A stretch of 49,322 bases of DNA from Promethearchaeota archaeon (GCA_016930515.1 JAFGGO010000182.1:1-49322), one strand, 5' to 3'; counted from the first letter of the stretch, positions 18,151 to 28,641 are shown. Made by a program: numbers and translations. Notes: generated from the letters alone by a model not told the origin.

Positions 18151-20280
18151 TTAATCAAAGGTTTTTAAAAATCGGATTTTATTCCCTTCTTTCTGGAGGA
18201 ATCCCAAATAGCACGCTTGGTTCAAATGAGTATAAAATTTTTTCTCAACTAGATCCTCCTCCTCTGCAAGTCCTTCTAATTTTGATATTTCAATGGATCC
18301 TTTGTTGGAATATATATCCACGAGATTAATCAATGTTTTTATATTGTTATTTATATATTTTTTTGGTTGTTTTGTTTCTTTTTTCAAATTTTTGCACTTC
18401 ATTTTTTGTATTTTTTTCGCTAAACTCATACGATCGAGCTTTATCACCTCAGAATAAAGCGTTATGCCAAATTTTTTTAATTGCCTTAAATATTGACTTT
18501 CTTTAAATTCGTCAAGTTCCGAAATTATTGTCTCGATTGAGCGATTTGTTAACAAATCTTTTTCTTTTTCTTTTATAGCCCTATATTTATTTAAAATTTC
18601 AAATTCAGAAATCTTATTCTTTGCCGAAAAGCTAATCTGTTTTCGAGGAACAGATTTGATTAATTTAAGTTTATCAGGTGAAGCTAAAACATCTTGCATT
18701 TGGTTTTCTTTTCTTACAGCAACCTTATGAAATGGTACATCAACCGTATTTTCGGTAATTAATATGAAACACCTTCCATAGTTAAAACGGCCAGTCCTTC
18801 CCCTTCTTTGAATTGTTCTGATTTCAGAAGGAACGGGTTCGTAAAAGATTATCGAATCCACGCTTGGAATATCTAAACCTTCCTCAGCAACGCTAGTGGC
18901 AATTAAAACATCAATCTTTCCTTCCTTAAATTCTTTTATAATCTCAATTTGTTTGACTTGAGAATACCCCACATCTCCATCTGCTTTAGATTGTTGACCA
19001 ATGAATTTTTCTATAACGAGTTCGTCTGCAAATTCATTTTTAAGTTTTGTTTTTAATAATTCTGCCATTTCGCGATATTGGGTAAATATCAATACTTTTT
19101 TGTTCCTCTTGAGATTTATCTCGTCTTGAACGATAGAAACGACTTTTTTAAGTTTTGGGTGCTCTAAATTTTCATTTTTCCCTTCATCGTGAAAACAAGT
19201 AATAAGTTTGAAATGCTCCGAATTTGCTATTCTTTCGGCAGATCTTACTCCTTGAGCTGCACGAGATGCTATTTTTTCTAAAAAAGACATGAATAGCGAT
19301 ACATCTTGAGTTTCTAGGAGATCTTTTGCGTGTAATATGGATATACAACTCGCACAATAAGAAAAAATCGATTGGATGTTCAATTTTTTTTCTCGAACAA
19401 TCTCTAGGATTGTTGGAGATTGAAAGTATAATGTTTCAAGATTTGAATTATCGGATTGTAAGCAAACAGTGAGGTCGCGTGTTATCTTCAAGAAGTCCAA
19501 TTTGGAATGATAATTTTTTGAAGGATTAATTAATCCTCTCTCGATAAAAAATCTTAGAAACTTATGAAATAAGTGGTTCCATATTTCGCAGATCTCTATC
19601 ATCCTAAGCGGTAAATCTACGATTTCTAGTATCTCTTCTATATCTTGTATATAATTCTTTATATCTTCGTCTTGACGTGTCTTAAATACAATATTTTCTA
19701 TGAGCAAGTTGTTACAAATTATTTGGATTTGTTCTTGATCTCTTCCGGGAGATGCTGTCAAACCTAAAACAATAGGATCAGAACAATCTTCGAAATATTT
19801 TCGCGAAACGAAAGTATAGGCATAATTTTTTTTGGATCTATGAGCTTCGTCAAAAATAATCAATGAAACTTCTTTTAAATCATATCTATCTCTTTCTAGA
19901 TCGTTTTTAATTACTTGAGGTGTTGAAATTATGATTCTTGAATTATGAAAAAACATCATTCTTTTTTCTGGAGGTGTTCTACCTGTAAGAGTAACAATTT
20001 GTTTTTGTTCAACATCGAGGAATTTATAAAGCGAGTCGTAGTGCTGATATATAAGGGGTTTTGTAGGAGCTAGCAATAATATCTTAGCATTTTTATATTT
20101 TTTTAAATAACGACTCACGAGTAAGACGGCTATGATTGTCTTTCCTAAACCAGTTGGAAGCACGACTAGGGAATTTTTATCAAAACACGAATTAACGATA
20201 TTTAATTGATATTTTCGATGGAGGATAGTGTCTTGCTTTAGAAATGGTCCATTAACATATTTAGAAATTACACCATCCAT
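18151..20280 (-). CDS. hef: Hef/FANCM/Mph1-family SF2 helicase
   Basis: RKYQ, LPTGLGKT, FDEAHR, GLTASPG, HPKL, IFTQYR, ATSVAEEGLDIP, IQRRGRTGR; no ERCC4 nuclease motif seen. Confidence 0.88.
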   Translation of the reverse strand: MDGVISKYVNGPFLKQDTILHRKYQLNIVNSCFDKNSLVVLPTGLGKTIIAVLLVSRYLKKYKNAKILLLAPTKPLIYQHYDSLYKFLDVEQKQIVTLTGRTPPEKRMMFFHNSRIIISTPQVIKNDLERDRYDLKEVSLIIFDEAHRSKKNYAYTFVSRKYFEDCSDPIVLGLTASPGRDQEQIQIICNNLLIENIVFKTRQDEDIKNYIQDIEEILEIVDLPLRMIEICEIWNHLFHKFLRFFIERGLINPSKNYHSKLDFLKITRDLTVCLQSDNSNLETLYFQSPTILEIVREKKLNIQSIFSYCASCISILHAKDLLETQDVSLFMSFLEKIASRAAQGVRSAERIANSEHFKLITCFHDEGKNENLEHPKLKKVVSIVQDEINLKRNKKVLIFTQYREMAELLKTKLKNEFADELVIEKFIGQQSKADGDVGYSQVKQIEIIKEFKEGKIDVLIATSVAEEGLDIPSVDSIIFYEPVPSEIRTIQRRGRTGRFNYGRCFILITENTVDVPFHKVAVRKENQMQDVLASPDKLKLIKSVPRKQISFSAKNKISEFEILNKYRAIKEKEKDLLTNRSIETIISELDEFKESQYLRQLKKFGITLYSEVIKLDRMSLAKKIQKMKCKNLKKETKQPKKYINNNIKTLINLVDIYSNKGSIEISKLEGLAEEEDLVEKKFYTHLNQACYLGFLQKEGNKIRFLKTFD

Positions 20281-20360
20281 GTTATCATTTTATTATGGAT
20301 CGTGTATTTAAAGTACGAAGACCCGATAGAATTAGTAAATATTTGATAGAATATGAGAGT

Positions 20361-21362
20361 TTAAAAATTTGGTTGAAAGAAAAAGTCTTCCTTACCAGGA
20401 ATGCATCTCACATGGTCTTGATGGATCAACATTTTAAGCGTGACAAATATCCACCCGCGTGCGATTCCAATAAAGAATCGACTCGCTCCAGGGTAGAGAT
20501 TGTTTACTATTCTCGTCGTACTTATTCCCTTAGGGTGATTTTGAACTAATTCTAAAACTTGATTAGATCTTTTTTCTCGATGCGATAAGATTTCGCGAAT
20601 TCTCTCTTTTGGATGCTTAATCAGAGGTCCGTGAGCTGGAAGAATTAATTTTAGATTTTTTAAGTTGTAAATATATTTGAGAGATTTGATGTAATCCTGA
20701 ACATCTGAACTTGGAGGTCCCAACCAAGTTGTGGTTGTGTATAGAATGTTATCACCAGAAAATAAAATCCCCTTTTCTTCATTGTAAAGTGATAGATGAT
20801 CAAATGAATGTCCAGGAGATGGAAAAATGCGCCATTCATCGCCGTTTATATTAATAATCGTCTCTTCATCAACAATCTCGTCAGGATCTGATATGAAGTT
20901 AATGCCATAACCGAATCGATAAAAAGAACGATATAAATTTTTCCTTAATTTTTCCTTGAATTTTTTTTTTGTATTATCTTTTCGTTGGGGAGCGTGATCC
21001 TGCGAATCTTCAAAGAAGGCATAAAAATTTTCCTTGTTGTTTATGGTTTGAGCCATTTTATCTGTAAGAATTATTTTAATGCGTAATTGATCTCTAAGTG
21101 CTTTGAGTCCTGAAAAATGATCCGGATGAATATGGCTTGGAAGTGCTCGAGTGAGTTTAAAAAAAATTCCTTGACGAGTGTATTTGGTTTTTATATGATT
21201 AATTTCTCGAAGAAGAAACCTTATCGCACTTCTTGTCCCATACCCCGCGTCAAAAATTAACCCATTTTTTCCTGCAATAACATATATATTTTCAGTCGGT
21301 TTTATAACACCAAAATTACTTTTTTCTTGTATCAAATATATTCCATCGATAACTTCCTTCAT
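20361..21362 (-). CDS. Metallo-beta-lactamase-fold hydrolase (LACTB2-like)
   Basis: SHIHPDHFSG (HxHxDH), PGHS, FSGD, PAHG. Confidence 0.88.
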   Translation of the reverse strand: MKEVIDGIYLIQEKSNFGVIKPTENIYVIAGKNGLIFDAGYGTRSAIRFLLREINHIKTKYTRQGIFFKLTRALPSHIHPDHFSGLKALRDQLRIKIILTDKMAQTINNKENFYAFFEDSQDHAPQRKDNTKKKFKEKLRKNLYRSFYRFGYGINFISDPDEIVDEETIININGDEWRIFPSPGHSFDHLSLYNEEKGILFSGDNILYTTTTWLGPPSSDVQDYIKSLKYIYNLKNLKLILPAHGPLIKHPKERIREILSHREKRSNQVLELVQNHPKGISTTRIVNNLYPGASRFFIGIARGWIFVTLKMLIHQDHVRCIPGKEDFFFQPNF

Positions 21363-21418
21363 TCAAACTAACACCTTAATATGAAGTTAAGGTTTAAAAT
21401 ACATACTAAAATAAAATC

Positions 21419-22366
21419 TTATTTAATGAGAATGTATTTTGAAAGCTCCGTCCTTCGTTTTCTCAATGTTAATTGCGTGACTTGGGCGATCTCACAAATT
21501 TCTTTTTGAGTTCTTTTTTCCCCGAATACTTTTGAGGCCGAATAAATAAATGCTGCCGCCAAACCCTTTGGATCCTTTCCAGAAGTATTATATCCTCTTT
21601 CTTTTGCTTGCTTTAAGAGTTTTATTGCGTAATTCCTGCATTGCATTGGTAATTTTAATTCTTCAATAAACCTATTTATATAGGAGGAGGCATTCAAATT
21701 ATTGACTTTAAGGTTTAGGGAAGGAAGAACTTCCAAGAGAATTAATTTGAAATTTTTTATACATTTTTTATGAGGAATATTCGTAATCTCTAAGATTTCA
21801 GACATAGTTAAAGGTATTTCGTGAATTCTCATTGCCGCAAACATCGATGCTGAAAGTAGAGATTCAATGCTTCTCCCCACGGTGAGCTTTTTTCTTACGA
21901 CTGACTGATAAATTTTAAGAGCGTTTCTTGCAACAACATTTGGAATTTGTAGACGTTCCCTTAAGTTTTCTAGTAACGGAATTGCTATTTTGAGATTCCT
22001 TTCGAAGGAATCTACAACAGAGTTTTGAATTTTTGACAAGCGAGCGAACTTAGAAGCGATATCTGAAGTCAATAGACCCCCACTTGCGTCTCGTTTACCT
22101 CGAATGACCGTTCGAGGACCTATTTTGTTTTTAACTACTTCGTTTATGATTCGATCTTTCTTTTCCTCTGCTGTATAAGTTCTCCTTGGAGCATCGTCGA
22201 AGATTTTCGATATAATAAATCCACAATTCAGACAAACATAATATCCGTCTTCCTGACTAATTTGGGGCATCGGGCAACAAGATTTTTCTTCGAATTCTTC
22301 GAAAAAGTGATCTTCCCTTTTCGGTTTTTCGGAGTGGTGAGAATTTTTTTTCGTGTATAAACCCAT
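21419..22366 (-). CDS. tfb: Transcription initiation factor IIB (TFB) paralog
   Basis: Zn ribbon (CCP...VCLNCG), ERNL, GRSIES, GKDPKGLAAA, RTQKEICEIAQVTQLTLRKR cyclin repeats. Confidence 0.9.
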   Translation of the reverse strand: MGLYTKKNSHHSEKPKREDHFFEEFEEKSCCPMPQISQEDGYYVCLNCGFIISKIFDDAPRRTYTAEEKKDRIINEVVKNKIGPRTVIRGKRDASGGLLTSDIASKFARLSKIQNSVVDSFERNLKIAIPLLENLRERLQIPNVVARNALKIYQSVVRKKLTVGRSIESLLSASMFAAMRIHEIPLTMSEILEITNIPHKKCIKNFKLILLEVLPSLNLKVNNLNASSYINRFIEELKLPMQCRNYAIKLLKQAKERGYNTSGKDPKGLAAAFIYSASKVFGEKRTQKEICEIAQVTQLTLRKRRTELSKYILIK

Positions 22367-22650
22367 TTATAATCCCCAAAAATTGTAAAACCATAAATCT
22401 AGGCAATTTACACAACCAAAGAAACATTTATCATATAAAATTAGATCGAATTTGCTTTAAAGTGAGAGCGTAGGTAACGAACATTTTTTTGATTTTGTAT
22501 TATTTATGATTTATGGAAAAATTCTAGGTGAAAAAGAATGTATTCATTAATTACAACATATAGCTTATGCCCTAACACAAAAAATAATTAAACAAGGAAG
22601 AATATTTGTAATTATTATAAAAAATTCCATGTAATTTGAAATTATAAGCA

Positions 22651-23094
22651 ATGAAAGGCTTGGAGAGCGTATATCTCATTAATAGCAACGGAAAACTCGT
22701 ATTCTCCATCGAAAATTCTACGAGAAAAACCCAAATAAATCGACCAGAAGCTTTATCTGATTTCTTAGGGCTCATGGAAGCCATCGCAAGTCGATTGGGA
22801 AACCAACAAATAAATCTCATTGAATTGGGAAGAAGTACCATATACTCCAACCTCGATAAATATAATAATATCCTATTTGTGATAAAATGCGATAAAAAGA
22901 CGAAAAAAAAAAAAATTGATGAGCTTTTTAGTAGATTGAGGTATGAGTTTGTTAGAATTTTTGATGGTAATTTGAACAAACCAAACGAGGTTAAACGAAG
23001 TTTAATGAACGAATTTGCAAATATTATGATCAAATTATGTGGCACCGAATTTGAAACCTCTCATTCAATAGAAGAACTTAAATTTATATTGTGA
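22651..23094 (+). CDS. Longin-like small protein
   Basis: LESVYLINSNGKLVFS...LSDFLGLMEAIASRL...INLIELGRSTIY...ILFVIKCD. Confidence 0.65.
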   Translation: MKGLESVYLINSNGKLVFSIENSTRKTQINRPEALSDFLGLMEAIASRLGNQQINLIELGRSTIYSNLDKYNNILFVIKCDKKTKKKKIDELFSRLRYEFVRIFDGNLNKPNEVKRSLMNEFANIMIKLCGTEFETSHSIEELKFIL

Positions 23095-23520
23095 ATCAAA
23101 CGAGCTAACTCGTTTTTAAAAGAATAGATCTTTAAAATTTAGATGATTTGCCTTATATTTCTCATATTCAAATTAAATAATAAGTTGTTTATCTAAATCG
23201 CGTGATAATTAAGAAGAAAAAACCCCAGAAAAATTATAATTTACTGAAAGATTATAATTTGGGAAAATCTTTGATTCACTTTTATACCATATTCCTTTAA
23301 ATATGACACGAAAGGTTACTTATGTAACTTCAGAAAAATATATAATTCTGAGGTTATTCAAAAGACAAACACTTGTGTTCGAACGAAGTAAGATAAGGAG
23401 GGCGATAAGACTTAATCTTACTTCAAAACCCACCAAGAAATCATTGGTGGGTTATATATTTTATTAAAATATGATGTATTTGCGATAATTTTATAGGTAT
23501 TTATTACCTTGTTTACCTAA

Positions 23521-24297
23521 ATGAGTATTAAAGGGGTCGTGTTTGACTTCGGATTCACGCTTTTTTATTTTAAGGACGTTTCTCTTGAGAAATATCTAGC
23601 TTGTTATAATAAAGGTTTAGAAGAATCTATCAAGTTCTTAAGGAATATAAGAATCTTGAACGATAAAAGCAGGGAAATGGAGTTTAAAAGCATTTTTATC
23701 GATCGGAGGAATCAACGCTTTAAAGAAAGCAGAATAACTAATTTAGAATTCACGACATTAGGAATCTTTGAACACGTCTTAGATAAATTAGATTTAAGCA
23801 GTAAAATTATAGATAATTTAATTGATTTTAAAGATCTTACCAAGAAGTTAGCAGATATTTATCATTCTTACGAGGAACGCGAATGGATACCGTTCCCTAA
23901 AACCATTTATACTCTTGATCAATTATCAAAAATCAACGATTTGAAAATAGCATTGCTTTCAAATCATCCACATCACAATATGATTGTTAATATTTTAAAG
24001 AAGCATCACGTTTACCATCTTTTCGATGTAGTTCTTACATCGGCGAAGTTTGGAAAAAGAAAACCCGATCCAAGCATCTTCCTCCACATTATAAAGAAAA
24101 TGGGATTAACTGGACAAGAGCAGAATTGCTTCATGTGCGGGGACGAACACGCCGATATAGTTGGGGGGCACGCTATAGGTTTAAAAACAATATTGTGCGA
24201 ACGAGCATATAAATTTCCCTCCGAAAAAGAAATTAAAATATCAGATTATTTTAACATCAGCGAAATTTCTGAAATTTTGGATCTTATTCACGAATAA
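23521..24297 (+). CDS. HAD-superfamily hydrolase
   Basis: VVFDFGFTL, LLSN, KPDPSIF, GDEHADIVGG. Motif I reads DFGFT, without the second Asp of DxD. Confidence 0.85.
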   Translation: MSIKGVVFDFGFTLFYFKDVSLEKYLACYNKGLEESIKFLRNIRILNDKSREMEFKSIFIDRRNQRFKESRITNLEFTTLGIFEHVLDKLDLSSKIIDNLIDFKDLTKKLADIYHSYEEREWIPFPKTIYTLDQLSKINDLKIALLSNHPHHNMIVNILKKHHVYHLFDVVLTSAKFGKRKPDPSIFLHIIKKMGLTGQEQNCFMCGDEHADIVGGHAIGLKTILCERAYKFPSEKEIKISDYFNISEISEILDLIHE

Positions 24298-24330
24298 AAC
24301 GAATATCTATATCACCGCAAGCAATATTAA

Positions 24331-24405
24331 TGACCCTGGGGCGATTTGAACGCCCGATTTCTTGCTCCGCAAGCAAGCGCCCCATCCAGGCTAGGCTACA
24401 GGGTC
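24331..24405 (-). tRNA. tRNA-Arg (anticodon GCG), no intron, CCA not encoded
   Basis: Reverse complement folds as acceptor GACCCTG/CAGGGTC, anticodon arm CTTGC-TTGCGGA-GCAAG, T arm GGGCG-TTCAAAT-CGCCC. Confidence 0.95.
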
Positions 24406-24546
24406 GAAAATGTAATTGTTTAATCATTTATTCAGATTTTTAATAAATGATCCAATGATTTATTTTAGTTAAAGTTTTATTCACTTGATATTGCATAAAA
24501 ACCATTCTTACAAATAAAATTAGTTAAAGAAAAAAAAAGTTAATGA

Positions 24547-27500
24547 TTATTCTTCAGGGATTGTTACCGAAATAATGCCCATTTCGAAAAATTCTCCTCT
24601 CCTTGTACCATCAACGAAGAGTTCGCATTTATAATTGAGGAGAAGGTCGTTCTGAGTACAATTCAAGTACGCGGAGAATCCTTGAAGTTCACCTGGGTGT
24701 AGCGTTGCGTTGAATAAGGTAAAAGTAATGCTATAGCCATCATTATATGTTGTAGTAAAATTACTAATGGAGGCAAGACCCAATAACTTGATATTGTTTG
24801 GATCATTTAGCGATTCGGAATATATCGTAAGATTGAGTACGATTTGGTAACCGGGATTGTCAATGTTATCGTCAATGTTCTCTAATGAATAGTGAAATTT
24901 AGCGTAATCGTTCGTATTGTTTGCGGGATATGAAATTACTGACTCCATGGAAAAATCAAAATCAATAAAGATCGGCGAAGTAATGTTTACTCTAAGTAAA
25001 TTCGAAAAAACCTGACCATAATCGTTGTAAGCTCTTAACCTGTAATAAAAAGTTCCATTGTGATTCTCGTTAATATAATAGCTTGTTGTGGTTAATCCCA
25101 CGGCAATTGGTTCCAAGCCCGTTATATCTGTAATTGGTTCAGTTGAATTATATAACTCGTAATATTCCGCCTTGATTGAAGTTGTCCAATTCAAGTAAAA
25201 CGCACCGTCTCCGTCGCTGAAGTTGGAATTAATGAAATTAAATGCACTAGGAGGTCCAATATTGAGCGAATTATAAGCTTCAGAAATGTTCCCACCAACC
25301 CCAAGGTCTCCGGTAATTGCGTTTACAAGCCCCACTCTCGAGAGGCTTTGGAGATCTTCTTGCACAGTAGCGTATACAGGGACATAATAATATAAAGAAT
25401 CTCCCATTGGATAAATCAATGTATTACCTAATCTATAGGGTTCTATGAGATTAAGCTTGTCCTTATCTGTCGCTTCGTAGGTATCCCTGGCTGTTTTTGG
25501 ACCAATTAATGTTGCTTCTGACTCACGAACGCTATAAAATATGATTTCCCCAAAATGCGTTCCATGTCTCACGACATAAAATCCCGCTAGACGGCGCGCT
25601 TGTTGACCGTAATATTCAACCAAGTCCATTCCAACATATTCAATGCCATTGCCTAAATCGGTTTCTACATAGAATAAATCTCCATTTTCAGGTCGCTCAT
25701 GAAAGTCGTCTCCCCTCTTCCAAGTAGTTGGATTCGTCACGTGATATTTATAATACGCTTCTAATTGCAGCTCAAACAGCGATTCGGGGTATCGAAGTTG
25801 CGACGCCAACCATTCGGGTGCATTTTGCCAATTGTAATTTCTCATATAAGCCTTCCAGAGATTGTAGGTAGGATCGGATGTTGATTCGACCAGAGCAGGG
25901 TTTTTATAAAAATTCATGACTCCATCCAAGACATCAACCAAACAAACGCCTAAGAAACGATAAATGGGTGTTTGAGAATAAGATCCTACGAAAATCGAGG
26001 TGTATATCGACGCCGCATAGTACATTTTTCCTTCAGCCATATTGAAGACCAGATAAGGATCGTAATCTATTTCTAGACCGGGCATTAGAATTGCGTTCAC
26101 CCTCGTTTTAATGTTTCGATTGATAAGGTATTCTTGTGTTGGTTCATAGGCATATGTTAAAAGCCCTAAATTAGTCGTAAACCACCACGCTTCCAAACCA
26201 GAAAGAACGCCGTCAGGTGCCCCTTCATAATTATATTCGTTAAAAGGACTTCCACGCCAATCCGTTCCCAGAAGAATGTCTGGATCGTACGCCCCCGTGC
26301 TCGTTTGCCGCTCGTGTTCTCCAAAAAAAATTGGATATTTTTCCGAAATATTAAACACTTCAGTGACATTAACAATTTTTCCCGAAGATGTTTCCATCGC
26401 CAAGAAACCTTCCACGTGATCGTATAATTCGGTATGAATTTGCGTTGGATCGCTTTCAAGTTCGCTCCATTTTATGGTTTTGGGGGCAACCCAGTATTCA
26501 GTTCCGTTTATGTAGACGATATCAGAGTCCGCGAGCCCTTCGAAAGTTGTGCCAATAACTACCGCAAAACGAGGGATGGCGTATCCTTGATCGTATTGCC
26601 GAATTTGAGAGAGAATCTCCAAATCTGATGTACTAGTCGAGTCGGTATAGTTTTGAATGGAAAGTTCTTCGAAAGTGTCCAATCCAGCACAGGATTGCGT
26701 CCAAGTAATTTGTCGCAAAAATCCCTTGTTCCACGCTAGGTCGTTCCAAGTAGCCGTGTTGTTTAAGTTCACATAAGATGGAATGCTGTAAAATAGTGGA
26801 AAAAACCCAATAAATAATACGAGTGCCATTGGTATGGCAATCCGTTTTGCTTCCCTTTTTGTAATCTTATAGTTTCTCCTATCTTTTCTTACTTTATGCT
26901 TACCAAATGCATAAACCGCTAGACCAAACAGCATGAATCCAATGAAAAAAACGATGATGGAATAACTCTGAATTAGTTCCAAACCGTTTAAGGAATATGT
27001 AGGAAGAGCAAAGAAGATGAGTCCAAAGATTAGACCAACAATCATTACTGCATTTGAAATCACATTGTAATCGTTCCTTCTCAAATAGAGGTTGCTTGCG
27101 ATATTTATAGTCGCTCGAAATAAAAGAACACCAATTACGAAATATATCAAGGGAAGAATGATATTTGAATATACAAAGATCGTTTCAATGCCGATTACGG
27201 TTGGATTAAATAAAACATTAAATGAATCAAAGATAATTGTAAATTGAAATTGTAGTTCTCCCGTTTCTATCAAATACATGGCCCACGCAAAATTATTTTC
27301 AGTATTGATAAAATATCCAAATAAATAAAAAATAAAAAATCCAATTGACCACCAAAATATCAAGCATTTTAAAGTAGATGGTTTACCGAATCTTAATTTT
27401 GTCCCAATTATTGTCAATAAATTCCTATTTGGAGGTAAACTCATGAGAAGACTTCCAATGATTGCGGTCATTAGACATGTTTTATTGAAGAAGAAGTTAG

Positions 27501-27909
27501 TTGACCACATGTTTAAGAAATATACTTGTCCGTAATCCAATCCGCCCGCTTTATTTGAATATAATTGTGTATTTAAGTTAATAGGGCCGTACCAATTTGG
27601 CCAGAACCACACGAGACTTAATATTGTGAAAAGGATGATTATAAATGGTACAATGATTTTTGCATATTTCCTAATCTTTCTTTTATTAAATCTTAGATTG
27701 GAATCTGCTACTTTTACATACTTATATCGCCCCTCATCGTCCTCTTGTTTCTCAGGCCTGGGGGAAGGGACTTCCTTCTCTTTTGTTTCGTCGTAATCGG
27801 GATATAGGCGCTTATTTTCTGCGCTTTTAGCAAACTCTTTTGCCGCTTCCCGGCAATCCTTACAACTATAGTGAAATCGCGAATGTTTTTCGCAGTGTTT
27901 ATCTACCAT
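24547..27909 (-). CDS. UPF0182-family membrane protein with an N-terminal Zn-knuckle-like motif and a C-terminal FN3-like domain
   Basis: Multi-TM N-half; IDYDPYLV, QLRYPESLFELQ, YHVT, RLGNTLIYP, YYVPVY; LNWT...YYYRLRAYNDYG. Confidence 0.8.
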   Translation of the reverse strand: MVDKHCEKHSRFHYSCKDCREAAKEFAKSAENKRLYPDYDETKEKEVPSPRPEKQEDDEGRYKYVKVADSNLRFNKRKIRKYAKIIVPFIIILFTILSLVWFWPNWYGPINLNTQLYSNKAGGLDYGQVYFLNMWSTNFFFNKTCLMTAIIGSLLMSLPPNRNLLTIIGTKLRFGKPSTLKCLIFWWSIGFFIFYLFGYFINTENNFAWAMYLIETGELQFQFTIIFDSFNVLFNPTVIGIETIFVYSNIILPLIYFVIGVLLFRATINIASNLYLRRNDYNVISNAVMIVGLIFGLIFFALPTYSLNGLELIQSYSIIVFFIGFMLFGLAVYAFGKHKVRKDRRNYKITKREAKRIAIPMALVLFIGFFPLFYSIPSYVNLNNTATWNDLAWNKGFLRQITWTQSCAGLDTFEELSIQNYTDSTSTSDLEILSQIRQYDQGYAIPRFAVVIGTTFEGLADSDIVYINGTEYWVAPKTIKWSELESDPTQIHTELYDHVEGFLAMETSSGKIVNVTEVFNISEKYPIFFGEHERQTSTGAYDPDILLGTDWRGSPFNEYNYEGAPDGVLSGLEAWWFTTNLGLLTYAYEPTQEYLINRNIKTRVNAILMPGLEIDYDPYLVFNMAEGKMYYAASIYTSIFVGSYSQTPIYRFLGVCLVDVLDGVMNFYKNPALVESTSDPTYNLWKAYMRNYNWQNAPEWLASQLRYPESLFELQLEAYYKYHVTNPTTWKRGDDFHERPENGDLFYVETDLGNGIEYVGMDLVEYYGQQARRLAGFYVVRHGTHFGEIIFYSVRESEATLIGPKTARDTYEATDKDKLNLIEPYRLGNTLIYPMGDSLYYYVPVYATVQEDLQSLSRVGLVNAITGDLGVGGNISEAYNSLNIGPPSAFNFINSNFSDGDGAFYLNWTTSIKAEYYELYNSTEPITDITGLEPIAVGLTTTSYYINENHNGTFYYRLRAYNDYGQVFSNLLRVNITSPIFIDFDFSMESVISYPANNTNDYAKFHYSLENIDDNIDNPGYQIVLNLTIYSESLNDPNNIKLLGLASISNFTTTYNDGYSITFTLFNATLHPGELQGFSAYLNCTQNDLLLNYKCELFVDGTRRGEFFEMGIISVTIPEE

Positions 27910-27964
27910 TATTGATCAATATTTTCTATAATTTTATGATAAAAAGTAATAAAATACTCTCTTG

Positions 27965-28567
27965 TTATTGATCATTTTCTTTTCTTAAAAAATATTTTTG
28001 ATAGTAATCTCTTCCTCGCTTGATTCGTTTGAGATACCTTCCATAAATGACCGCACAGGTAATTGCAAAAAAGATATTAATAATGCTAAATGTCGTGTAT
28101 AAAGGATTAATAAATACCAAATTGTCAATTATAATTAAAATTGAGAGAAACAAGTAGAACTTGATGGAATAGGATCTTCTCTTGTATTTTTCCATAAAAC
28201 TATTACTTTTTAGAGAATCGTAGCAACTGCAACAAATTAAGGGTATATCGACATCGTATTTTATTTCATTATAAAGGCTATAAAGAACGGTCCAGATTCT
28301 ATGAATTCGATTTCCGCATAACTTGCATAAAAATAGTTTTGTTTTTGTCCGATCGTGTTCTATTTTATCAATATCCGATTTAGTAAAATAGCAGTTGTCA
28401 TTAAGATATTCTTGACAAGTGGCACAAGTAAGACTCACATCGCAACTATATGAGTTGTTAGCTGCAGCTTTTTCACATAATTGTTTCAAGTAATCGTAAT
28501 TCGTGTGTTGCCTGCAAATAACTCTGCCTTTTTTATCTATTTCAAAAGTTGGTTCTACAAATCCCAT
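27965..28567 (-). CDS. Cys-rich (Zn-finger-like) protein with two C-terminal TM helices
   Basis: CRQH, CATC, CKLC, CCSC, then a hydrophobic hairpin and a basic tail. Confidence 0.7.
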   Translation of the reverse strand: MGFVEPTFEIDKKGRVICRQHTNYDYLKQLCEKAAANNSYSCDVSLTCATCQEYLNDNCYFTKSDIDKIEHDRTKTKLFLCKLCGNRIHRIWTVLYSLYNEIKYDVDIPLICCSCYDSLKSNSFMEKYKRRSYSIKFYLFLSILIIIDNLVFINPLYTTFSIINIFFAITCAVIYGRYLKRIKRGRDYYQKYFLRKENDQ

Positions 28568-28641
28568 CTCTATATAAACAAAAAGATACCAATATTTAAA
28601 TTTCTTTGTGAGATTTTATTAGTATTCAACTCTTAAAAACG

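Noticed and set aside
24331-24405. tRNA as an integration site for an island
   Set aside because: No integrase and no duplicated tRNA 3' end noticed in the window.
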